A stretch of 64,000 nt of DNA from Macrostomum lignano. Taxonomy: Eukaryota. Where the stretch lies: NCBI GenBank assembly GCA_002269645.1, contig NIVC01000019.1, positions 868,001 to 932,000 on the forward strand, in the 5' to 3' direction. Positions 36,801 through 47,600 of the stretch are shown here, one piece after another. Position numbers and translations under genes: made by a program. How positions within the stretch are numbered: position 1 is the stretch's first letter; each line of letters starts with the position of its first letter. Under the pieces are notes generated by a model that was given only the letters and a program-made list of their open reading frames with translations, made no database searches and was not told the origin of the DNA.

Positions 36801-39800
36801 TGTCTATGGCCTCTATCTCCATTCTAGCCTGTCTATGGCCTCTATCTTCAGTGTAGCCTGTCTATGGCCTCTATCTCCATTCTAGCCTGTCTATGGCTTC
36901 TATCTTCAGTGTAGCCTGTCTATGGCTTCTATTATGGCTTCTATTTTCAGTGTAGCCTGTCTATGGCTTCTATCTCCATCCTAGCCTGTCTATGGCCTCT
37001 ATCTTCAGTGTAGCTGTCTGTGGCCTCTATCTTCAGTGTAGCCTGTCTATGGCCTCTATCTCCATTCTAGCCTGTCTATGGCTTCTATCTTCAGTGTAGC
37101 CTGTCTATGGCTTCTATTATGGCTTCTATTTTCAGTGTAGCCTGTCTATGGCTTCTATCTCCATCCTAGCCTGTCTATGGCCTCTATCTTCAGTGTAGCT
37201 GTCTGTGGCTTCTATCTTCAGTGTAGCCTGTCTATGGCTTCTTTCTTCAGTGTAGCCTGTCTATGGCTTTTTTCTTCAGTGTAGCCTGTCTATGGCTTCT
37301 TTCTTCAGTGTAGCCTGTCTATGGCTTCTTTCTTCAGTGTAGCCTGTCTATGGCTTCTTTCTTCAGTGTAGCCTGTCTATGGCTTCTTTCTTCAGTGTAG
37401 CCTGTCTATGGCTTCTTTCTTCAGTGTAGCCTGTCTATGGCTTCTATTATGGCTTCTATTTTCAGTGTACAGTACGCAGTCTATGGCCTCTATCCCCAAT
37501 GTCCCCACTGTCTATTACGTCTTACCTCAATGTGCACACAGTCTATGGCCTCTATTCCCCAGTGTACACACAGTCATGGCATCTATGGCCCAGTGTGCAC
37601 ACAGTCTATGTGTAAAAAGCACATTGTCTTGGACATTGTTTCAGGTTAGAAATTTTCTCTTCAACTCTTTTAACCTTCTATCGTTCAGGACAATTTTTAT
37701 CTCCATATCACATGTCTATTTGCTATTATAACCTATGAGCTGAGCTGAGCCAGTTAGTATTGGCCGTTTTGCTTGAACGTTATGTTTGTTATTGTACTCT
37801 TATATATTCAAGCCAATGCTATGGAGACCTCCGCTCAGTTTTGTTTACCGACTGTATATTCACTGTTTGCCTGCCCGCCAGATCTGTCAGATAGCTGTCA
37901 AATCTACTCATTGATTGTCTTTATATTTACTAATATAACAAAAGTATAGGACCTTCTAAGAGTTATAAATCTCTCGTGTTTGCTTATTTAGTCTGTCTCA
38001 TTAGTCCTCACAAACCTCACAAAATGTAAAAGTTACATTTTACACCCAGCTCATGTCCGCAATGAACTTAAAAGACCAGCCAATATGTCCCCAATGCACA
38101 TAAAACACTCCAGCCCATATGTGCCCAATGCACATAAAACACCCAGCTCATATGTCCCCAATGCACATAAAACACCCCAGCCCATATGTCCCCAATGCAC
38201 ATAAAACACCCCAGCCCATATGTCCCCAATGCACATAAAACACCCCAGCCCATATGTCCCCAATGCACATAAAACACCCCAGCCCATATGTCCCCAATGC
38301 ACATAAAACACCCCAGCCCATATGTCCCCAATGCACATAAAACACCCCAGCCCATATGTCCTCAATGCACATAAAACACCCCAGCCCATATATCCTCAAT
38401 GCACATAAAACACCCCAGCCCATATGTCCCCAATGCACATAAAACACCCCAGCCCATATGTCCCCAGTGCACATAAAACACCCCAGCCCATATGTCCCCA
38501 ATGCACATAAAACACCCCAGCCCATATGTCCCCAATGCACATAAAACACCCCAGCCCATATGTGCCCAATGCACATAAAACACCCCAGATGAAACACCCC
38601 AGCCCATATATCCTCAATGCACATAAAACACCCCACATAAAACACCCCAGCCCATATATCCTCAATGCACATAAAACACCCCAGCCCATATGTCCCCAAT
38701 GCACATAAAACACCCCAGCCCATATGTCCTCAATGCACATAAAACACCCCAGCCCATATATCCCCAATGCACATAAAACACCCCAGCCCATATGTCCCCA
38801 GTGCACATAAAACACCCCAGCCCATATATCCTCAATGCACATAAAACACCCCAGCCCATATATCCTCAATGCACATAAAACACCCCAGCCCATATGTCCT
38901 CAATGCACATAAAACACCCCAGCCCATATATCCTCAATGCACATAAAACACCCCAGCCCATATGTGCCCAATGCACATAAAACACCCCAGCCCATATGTC
39001 CCCAATGCACATAAAACACCCCAGCCCATATGTGCCCAATGCACATAAAACACCCCAGATGAAACACCCCAGCCCATATATCCTCAATGCACATAAAACA
39101 CCCCACATAAAACACCCCAGCCCATATATCCTCAATGCACATAAAACACCCCAGCCCATATGTCCCCAATGCACATAAAACACCAAATGTACCCAGCAAC
39201 CTCATGTCCATGGAAGAAGGAAGCAGTACGCGAAGAAAAGAATATTCTTTGACTTATTCTTCGCAGTAATTACAGTTTCTATAAGGCTTTGCGAGCTGAA
39301 ATTATCATCTCTGAGCTGTAGCCACCTGTAGTGCTCATACGCAGTTCCTTTTCATCTTTTCACCTTGAAAAAGCTCCTCAAGATCTAAATGTACTTTTGT
39401 TGCTCATCCTGGCTATCCATCCAAATATGATGATGCGTTGCAGGTTACGAAATGGAGCGAAGTTCCTCCCTGTCGCATTTCGGTATCTGTATAATATAAT
39501 ATTATTGTTTAATTAATAGTAGTTTATTAAAATCTTCGATATATATGTACATTTTGTTGAAATGCTATCTCTTTCCTGAGAATGCCACACGAAACTACTT
39601 TCTTTCTTTGATAAGTAGTAGCAAGAACATTTTTGCCTCTCAATTTATGCTTGAGTTTTTTTCTACGAGAATCTTTACCCCATGCGCGCGTTTTTTTGGG
39701 AATGTGCAGAATGTTTTTGCTTTTATTGTGCATGCGCTTCAGCCACGTTTTTAAATCGAATTTAATCCAATTCGTTCATTCTTATTGGAATTGTCGATTC

Positions 39801-41518
39801 CGCAGGCACGCTGGATCCCCGGACGCAGCAAATGAAATCCCTGCCGGAGCCAGCCAGTGACGCCGGTGCCGCCTCCTGTAGCGATTGCCACATGCACGGT
39901 CGGTTCCAGGTGCGCGTCTGTAACGAGGATCTGCACCATTCGGAGCATTTCCTGCCGACTTCGGTGCCCTACATTCGCGTGGATGGTAAGGCTATTTAGA
40001 GTTGATTGGCTAAAGTGGGTGATTCTAACCTGATTGGTTAGAGTTTTTGAGGTGGGGTGGTTTGCTGGCCTGCGATTGGATAGGGTTTTGAAGGTAGGGT
40101 GGGTTGCTGGCCTGTGATTGGATAGGGTTTTGAAGGCGGAATGGGTTGCTGGCCTGTGATTGGATAGGGTTTTGAAGGCGGAATGGGTTGCTGGCCTGTG
40201 ATTGGATAGGGTTTTGAAGGCGGAATGGGTTGCTGGCCTGTGATTGGATAGGGTTTTGAAGGCGGAATGGGTTGCTGGCCTGTGATTGGATAGGGTTTTG
40301 AAAGCGGAATGGGTTGCTGGCCTGTGATTGGTTAGGCTTTTGAAGGCGGAATGAATGGGTTGCTGGCCTGTGATTGGTTAGGGTTTTAGAGCTAGTGTGG
40401 GTTGCTGGTCTGTAATTGGTTAGGGTTTTGTAGGTAGGGTGGGTCGCTGGCCTGTGATTGGTTAGAGTTTTGGAGGTGGAGTAGGTCGCTGGCCGGTGAT
40501 TGGTTTGAGTTTTAGAGCTAGTGTGGGTTGCTGGTCTGTAATTGGTTAGAGTTTTGGAGATGGGGTGGGCTGCTCGCCTGTGATTGGTTAGGCTGTTAAA
40601 GTTTTAAAGGTGGGGATGTGTCGTCCAAGTGATTGCATAATTACCGTCGCTTTTTCTGTTCCCGATTTGCGCGCAGACAACGAAACGGCCGAGCCATCTC
40701 AAGAGTTCAAATTCGAGGTGAACATCTTGGACTCGCTGCCGTGGAATCGGGGCAACGATTCCGATCGGAATAATGGTAAGTGCTGTTTTTTGCAGAAAAA
40801 GTTACGTTCAAGTACAGGTACTACATGTGTCTGGCAATGACTGACTAGACTGGCTTTTCTAAGCAGTCGTAACATCTTTGAATATTTTTGTTAAAATTGT
40901 CTTTACGTGTCTTTTAATATTAACTCTGAATAACCTTTGCAAATGAATTTTAAATCGCCCCTTCCGAGGACGCCTGTAGAATTGCCCTATGAATTGCCTT
41001 AAGAATCGCCCCGTAAATCGCCTTTAGAATCGCCCCGTGAATCGCCTTTAGAATCGCCCCGTGAATCGCCTTTAGAATCGCACCGTGAATTGCCTTTAGA
41101 ATCGCCTCGTCAATCGCCTCGTAAATCGGCCCGTGAATTGCCCTAAAAAATCGCCCCGTGAATTGCCTTTAGAATCGCCCCGTGAATCGCCTTTAGAATC
41201 GCCCCGTGAATTGCCTTTAGAATCGCCACGTGAATCGCTCTTAAAATCGCCCCATGAATCGCCCCGTGAATCGCCCCGTGAATCGCTCTTAGAATCGCCC
41301 CGTGAATCGCTCTTAGAATCGCCCCGTGAATCGCCCCGTGAATCGCCCCGTGAATCGCCCCGTGAATCGCCCCGTAAATCGCTCTTTTAATCGCTTCACC
41401 CGCACGCACCTCGCGGCCCGCAGAGGACGCATTCGATCGCTATCGTCGCGGCGCCGATCCCCAAGGCGGAGCCTCCAATCAAGGGTTCAGAAACGACGCT
41501 AGCGAGTCCATAGCCTGA
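28216..41518 (+). CDS. SLC9A: Na+/H+ exchanger (SLC9A/NHE, CPA1 family), 13 exons, ~1061 aa
   Basis: Exons 28216-28578, 29434-29692, 29950-30185, 30904-31184, 31263-31498, 32689-32891, 33275-33364, 33476-33549, 34771-34983, 35553-36409, 39806-39985, 40677-40775, 41424-41518. All junctions are GT-AG and in phase (3186 nt). Motifs [35 protein letters not shown] and [10 protein letters not shown] are present, with a signal peptide and a long cytosolic tail. Paralog not assignable. Confidence 0.92.
28632..29312. repeat. Intronic minisatellite, 20-bp unit TATGAGTGCCATTTCTATGG
   Basis: ~33 nearly identical copies (NHE intron 1). Confidence 0.97.
29695..29895. repeat. Intronic minisatellite, 24-bp unit CTTTGTTGTCTGTGCTAGATGAGT
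   Basis: ~7 copies (NHE intron 2). Confidence 0.85.
30215..30858. repeat. (GACA)n microsatellite with CACA and CTAA interruptions
   Basis: NHE intron 3. Confidence 0.97.
31548..32625. repeat. Intronic minisatellite, 33-bp unit TGAGTCACATTTGACTCATGTCACAGCTGAGTG, with ~295-bp higher-order periodicity
   Basis: ~32 copies (NHE intron 5). Confidence 0.95.
32935..33205. repeat. Degenerate intronic minisatellite, ~29-bp unit with core GGAACAAAGACTCCAGTATAG
   Basis: ~9 diverged copies (NHE intron 6). Confidence 0.75.
33605..34690. repeat. Intronic minisatellite, 28-bp unit CTGGGCCAGCCTCCCAGATCCTCAG(C/T)TG
   Basis: ~38 copies (NHE intron 8). Confidence 0.97.
35025..35552. repeat. Highly degenerate intronic repeat with core GTGGGTCACAT
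   Basis: Recurring core at irregular spacing (NHE intron 9). Confidence 0.65.
36545..37610. repeat. Intronic minisatellite, 29-bp unit TAGCCTGTCTATGGCCTCTATCTTCAGTG
   Basis: ~35 copies that decay at the 3' end (NHE intron 10). Confidence 0.94.
38035..39190. repeat. Intronic minisatellite, 34-bp unit ATGCACATAAAACACCCCAGCCCATATGTCCCCA
   Basis: ~33 copies (NHE intron 10). Confidence 0.96.
40030..40595. repeat. Intronic minisatellite, 42-bp unit ATGGGTTGCTGGCCTGTGATTGGATAGGGTTTTGAAGGCGGA
   Basis: ~13 copies (NHE intron 11). Confidence 0.92.
40975..41390. repeat. Intronic minisatellite, 12/24-bp unit GAATCGCCCCGT / GAATCGCCTTTA
   Basis: NHE intron 12. Confidence 0.9.
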
Positions 41519-41749
41519 CTGATTGATTGATTTGATAGGACGGGCTTGGGCTTGTCGATTGCGCGTTGACGTTGGTTGAGACTGGCGCTGTACTTAACAG
41601 TTTTTATTATTCTGTGAAATATTGTGCTTTTTTATAATTCGAGAGTATCATTAATAATTACATTTGGTCTAAGCTGCCTTATCAAAGCTCATATACTTAT
41701 TTTTATGACTTTTAACAAAAGCTTTGTCACCATGGTCACCTTGGATTGG

Positions 41750-42215
41750 GTCATAGACATTGTAGCCGTTGGTGAGTTGTTAGGGCCATACACATTGTAG
41801 CCGTTGGTAGGGTGTTATAACCATAGACATTGTAGCCGTTGGTAGGCTGTTAGGACCATAGACATTGTAGCCGTTGGTGAGTTGTTAGGGCCATAGACAT
41901 TGTAGCCGTTGGTGAGTTGTTAGGGCCATAGACATTGTAGCCGTTGGTGAGCTGTTAGGGCCATAGACATTGTAGCCGTTGGTAGGGTGTTAGGACCATA
42001 GACATTGTAGCCGTTGGTAGGCTGTTATAACCATAGACATTGTAGCCGTTGGTAGGCTGTTATGACCATAGACATTGTAGCCGTTGGTAGGCTGTTATAA
42101 CCATAGACATTGTAGCCGTTGGTAGGCTGTTATGACCATAGACATTGTAGCCGTTGGTAGGCTGTTAGGACCATAGACATTGTAGCCGTTTGGTAGCTTA
42201 TTAGGGTCATAGACA
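41750..42215. repeat. Intergenic minisatellite, 35-bp unit CCATAGACATTGTAGCCGTTGGTAGGCTGTTATGA
   Basis: ~13 copies downstream of the NHE stop. Confidence 0.94.
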
Positions 42216-43191
42216 TCGTTATCGGTTTAGCGCGGTTAAGATTAAGCGATTCTTGGCATAGCAACCTCAGACCATATATTTTTTTGTTATTACCGGCTAA
42301 ACAGTTTCCATTATAGACCCTTGTTTTATGCAGGGTGTTGGACTTGTAATTGATTTTCAAAAATATTAATTAACAATTTTGCTCAACCTACTCAATTGCT
42401 GACAAAGATTTGCTGATAAAATCAATACAAAGAGAGAAATTTGACTCGTGTCTGCATTGCGCGCATTTCATTCAGAATTTGAATGCCTCTTTTTCTGCCC
42501 GTCTACTCTTGTGTCTCTCTCTGTCTCTCTACGCTCCTTCCGAGAATCTCAAGCCGCAACCGAACTCTGTGCATCCAAGAGTATGCATGACGTTTTCGTA
42601 AAGTCACACGTCAGTACACGTGCCAACGGCCATTATGTTTTATGATTGCAAGAATTTTATAAATTGTAGCTATTGAATATTTTTTCTTACAAAATGTCTA
42701 TCAGGCTACTACTTATACTATAATCAGTAGTGTAATGTGTGTGAATCGACTATTTTCATAATATTACTTAACGAAGTTCAGACGCTAAACGGCACCTGTA
42801 GATTGATTAGTTTAAGATAAGCCCAATGCTTATTATAAATTATGGCCTGTTGTGTGGTCAGAAGCTCTTTCCTCTTGTTCCTGTTGGTTTGGGCTGTGGT
42901 TTCAATTCTAGACTTTTATAGCCGCTTCGGTAGAAATATCCTTCGTACTAGCCCATTGTGCTTGTTAGGGTGCATTTTGCTTTTATTGTGAATCTTTTAA
43001 TCTTCCTCCACCGAAACCAGCTGTTATTTTGTAAGCTTTGGAATGGCTGCTTTTGTATGTGGCTTCAATATTAAATACACTACTCAAAGTACAGTGGGTA
43101 CTTCTGCCGACTGCCAACCTCAGTCTGTTTTGATTAAAAACATTTTAAATCAGGTTTTGTGTTCTTTTTATAATAATAAGGCGAAATTATT

Positions 43192-44422
43192 TGAGTCTGT
43201 GCTCACTCATTGGAGAGTCTGTGCTCACTCATTGGAGAGTCTGCTCACTCATTGGAGTCTGTGCTCACTCATTGGAGAGTCTGTGCTCACTCATTGGAGA
43301 GTCTGTGCTCACTCATTGGAGAGTCTGTGCTCACTCATTGGAGGGTCTGTGCTGACTCATTGGAGAGTCTGTGCTCACTCATTGGAGAGTCTGTGCTCAC
43401 TCATTGGAGGGTCTGTGCTCACTCATTGGAGAGTCTGTGCTCACTCATTGGAGGGTCTGTGCTCACTCATTGGAGGGTCTGTGCTCACTCATTGGAGAGT
43501 CTGTGCTCACTCATTGGAGAGTCTGTGCTCACTCATTGGAGGATCTGTGCTCACTCATTGGAGAGTCTGTGCTCACTCATTGGAGGGTCTGTGCTCACTC
43601 ATTGGAGGGTCTGTGCTCACTCATTGGAGGGTCTGTGCTCACTCATTGGAGAGTCTGTGCTCACTCATTGGAGAGTCTGTGCTCACTCATTGGAGAGTCT
43701 GTGCTCACTCATTGGAGGGTCTGTGCTCACTCATTGGAGAGTCTGTGCTCACTCATTGGAGGGTCTGTGCTCACTCATTGGAGAGTCTGTGCTCACTCAT
43801 TGGAGAGTCTGTGCTCACTCATTGGAGGATCTGTGCTCACTCATTGGAGAGTCTGTGCTCACTCATTGGAGGGTCTGTGCTCACTCATTGGAGAGTCTGT
43901 GCTCACTCATTGGAGGGTCTGTGCTCACTCATGGGGAGTCTGTGCTCACTCATTGGAGGGTCTGTGCTCACTCATTGGAGAGTCTGTGCTCACTCATTGG
44001 AGGGTCTGTGCTCACTCATTGGAGTCTGTGCTCACTCATTGGAGAGTCTGCTGATCACTCATTGGAGGGTCTGTGCTCACTCATTGGAGAGTCTGCTGAT
44101 CACTCATTGGAGGGTCTGTGCTCACTCATTGGAGTCTGTGCTCACTCATTGGAGAGTCTGCTGATCACTCATTGGAGTCTGTGCTCACTCATTGGAGGGT
44201 CTGTGCTCACTCATTGGAGAGTCTGTGCTCACTCATTGGAGAGTCTGTGCTCACTCATTGGAGGGTCTGTGCTCACTCATTGGAGGGTCTGTGCTCACTC
44301 ATTGGAGAGTCTGCTGATCACTCATTGGAGTCTGTGCTCACTCATTGGAGGGTCTGTGCTCACTCATTGGAGAGTCTGCTGATCACTCATTGGAGAGTCT
44401 GCTGATCACTCATTGGAGAGAT
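43192..44422. repeat. Intergenic or 3'-UTR minisatellite, 22-bp unit GAGAGTCTGTGCTCACTCATTG
   Basis: ~55 copies, ending ~220 bp from the NRF-6-like stop. Confidence 0.96.
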
Positions 44423-44644
44423 TGTATGCTTGCTAATGACTGCGTGTTCTTTCATTGAGTCTGTGCTCAATCAAAATATTCTGTGTTCTCACTCATCTGA
44501 GAGTTTTCATCGTAATATATTCATATTTGTTACGTACTTATAGCAAATAGTTAATAAAGTACACTAATCTGCACTTTCATACACTATATTGAAGCCATGC
44601 AGTAACTGAATCATCCCGGAGTTGATTTCGTCAACCGGTTTCTC

Positions 44645-47600
44645 TCATCCATAATAAACCGATCGCATCTCGAATCGATTCGAACTTGGCCCGCTCTCGT
44701 AGCCGCCATTCGAATAATAGTTATCATTGGCCTTCCCGGGCTGCGGCGCCGGCGTCCGGTTGGTGCCGCCGTCCGCCTGCCGGGAGGAGCCGCCGGCCCG
44801 CAGAGCTTTCTCGAGGCCGAGCAGCGGAGCTTCCACCAGCATGGAGAGGACCAGACTGACCAGGAAGGTGAGCATGATGCTGGCCAGGTAGATCATGATC
44901 TGCAGTGGATTTGGGGAACACCGAATTTTTTTAGACTTACTTGTATGACGATTAGTATCGCGAAATTAGTAATGCAGAACCTAGCAGTCTGCACTTCCAA
45001 TGATCATTTCAAGCCTGCAGTTGCCATTCGTTGAGGTGTATGACCGATTTCATTTCCCAATGACCGATTTCAGCTCCTAATGATCAATTTCAGCTCCCAA
45101 TGACCGATTTCAGCTCCCAATGACCGATTTTAGCTCCCAATGACCGATTTCAGCTCCAAATGACCGATTTCAGCTCTTAATGACCGATTTCAGCTCTTAA
45201 TGACCGATTTCAGCTCCCAATGACTGATTTCAGCTCCCAATGACCGATTTCACCTCCAAATGACTGATTTCACCTCCCAATGACCGATCTCAGCTCCCAA
45301 TGACCGATTTCACCTCCCAATAACCGATCTCAGCTCCCAATGACCGATTTCAGCTCCCAATGACAGATTTCAGCCTCAATGACCGATTTCAGCTCTTAAT
45401 GACCGATTTCAGCTCCCAATGACTGATTTCAGCTCCTAATGACCGATTTCAGCTCCCAATGACTGATTTCAGCTCCTAATGACCGATTTCACCTCCAAAT
45501 GACTGATTTCACCTCCCAATGACCGATCTCAGCTCCCAATGACCGATTTCACCTGCCAATAACTGATCTCAGCTCCCAATGACCGATCTCAGCTCCCAAT
45601 GATCGATTTCAGCTCCCATGACAGATTTCAGCCTCAATGACCGATTTCAGCTCCCAATGGCCGATTTCAGCTCCCAATGACAGATTTCAGCCTCAATGAC
45701 CGATTTCAGCTCCCAATGGCCGATTTCAGCTCCCAATGACAGATTTCAGCCTCAATGACCGATTTCAGCTCCCAATGACCGATTTCAGCTGACAGATTTG
45801 ATCCTTATGACAGATTTTCAGCATCTCAGACTGATATTGCTTGTTATTGATCATTAAAGATCACTCACCAGCATTGAGTCAGACAGGTGGAATTTGGAGT
45901 CGTAGGTGTAAAAGAAGGCGAACATCACGCTGGCGTGCACGATGTAGGCGCAGTAGCTGAGCCGGGCCAGTGGGGTGAACCAGGACCAGGACAGCAGCTC
46001 GTTCACGGGGCCTGTGGGCGGCAGGAGAGGACAAGTGGAATTCTGGTATAGGTGGTTCATCTGTAGTCATGAGACACTAAAATTAGCTGCCGAAAAATAC
46101 GGCGATTTTCTACCATCGATAATGGGCAGATGTGCAACCGACAGCTCAGCCGCAGCTATCGCGCGGCGCATCTGAAGGCTGCGTACGGCTGTTCAGTCCA
46201 AGGACTGGGGGGTCGCCACACACACTCTCAACTACGTCAGCTAATGCTGGTACCCATTTCACAGCTGGGTGAACTGAAGCAATGCGGAGTTAAGTGCCTT
46301 CCTCAAGGACACAAATTGTTCCGAGTGAGTCGAGAATCGAACCCCCGACCTTTCAGTCCCTTGATAATTATAATTAGAGTTTTTCATATACTCTACTCAC
46401 AGTAAAATGGACAGAATATTGCTTGTATTAAATTAATAATATTTGAGCTTCTTAACTACTCTGCTGAAAGTAAAAATAGAAGAAAAATACGTAAAAGAAT
46501 ATTAATCAATACCGTGCCCTCATACATTACCTCCATAGCCGTAGACGCAGGCGAACACAACCCAGGCAACGCAGAGGGCGAATCCCGGACGCAGGAAGGA
46601 CCAGTAAACCGTCACCTGTTGCAGCGTCAGCGGCGGTCCCGTATCGGCAATCTGGCCCTGCACCAGGTACAGCAGGGCCAGGCCTCCCGCTGCCGCGATC
46701 GCCCAGCACAGCAGCGCCACCAGCTGAAGAGAAAGTTGCAGCAATTGGGTGGCATTGCTATGTACAGCGCGACAATTTTGTTACATTGTTGGCACCGCAA
46801 ACTATACTGTGACATTCTTGACATCACACAATACTGCTGTGACCCAGTCAGCGTCAGACTAAAAGGATCACCAACATTTCTGCGCCGCATACAAAATCCT
46901 GCAGGTAACGGTAACTGAGGATCACCTTGGGCATCCTGATGGTCTTCCTAGTGGCCAGGACGTAGCCAAGCAAAATTCCAATCGCGTAGGCGCCCATGCG
47001 GCAGTAGGGCTTGATGTAGATCGTCTCGTAGTACCTGCAATTGTCAGATAGAAATTTCTGTTTCATATAAACCAATTATCGACCTGCCTTTACAATAGAT
47101 CATCGGCAAAAAGACTCCGTTGATAAGATTCTCGCGAGTTCCACGAATAACAAAAACTGCTCACGTCTTCTCCGGATCGTAACCGTCTGTCTCTCCGGGC
47201 ACAAAGTTCAAGTGGCCGCGCCGGAAGCCGTACTGATAGTTGAGCACGCCCGTGCACACCATGCTGCCAGCCACAACAATGACCGAGGCCACTGATCCGA
47301 ATATTAGGCCGCCACTGCAAGCATTGGTTAAAGTTGGGCGAAACTTAATTGATCAACAGATGTGACTTTCCTTGATTTGAATTTTAGGTGGTTAATTTAA
47401 CACTAGAAAATCAGTTCTTTGACTCGCGGAATTATTTTTCTGTAATTTGGAATGTCTCCAATTGGTGCCGTCCTAGAGATTTCAAGGTCACGCTAAAAAA
47501 TCACATCTCTCATGGACGAAGCTCCCTTTAATTTGGATCGTCTCTGATTGGCTACGGTACAAGACATTTCAAGGTCACGCTAAAATCACGCCACTTATGG

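Noticed and set aside
42400-43190. Short ORFs between the convergent NHE and NRF-6 genes
   Set aside because: No motifs or convincing splice pattern; treated as intergenic or UTR.
24535-45795. Regular 19-42-bp repeats as CRISPR arrays
   Set aside because: Units are head-to-tail with no unique spacers, there are no cas genes, and the context is eukaryotic.
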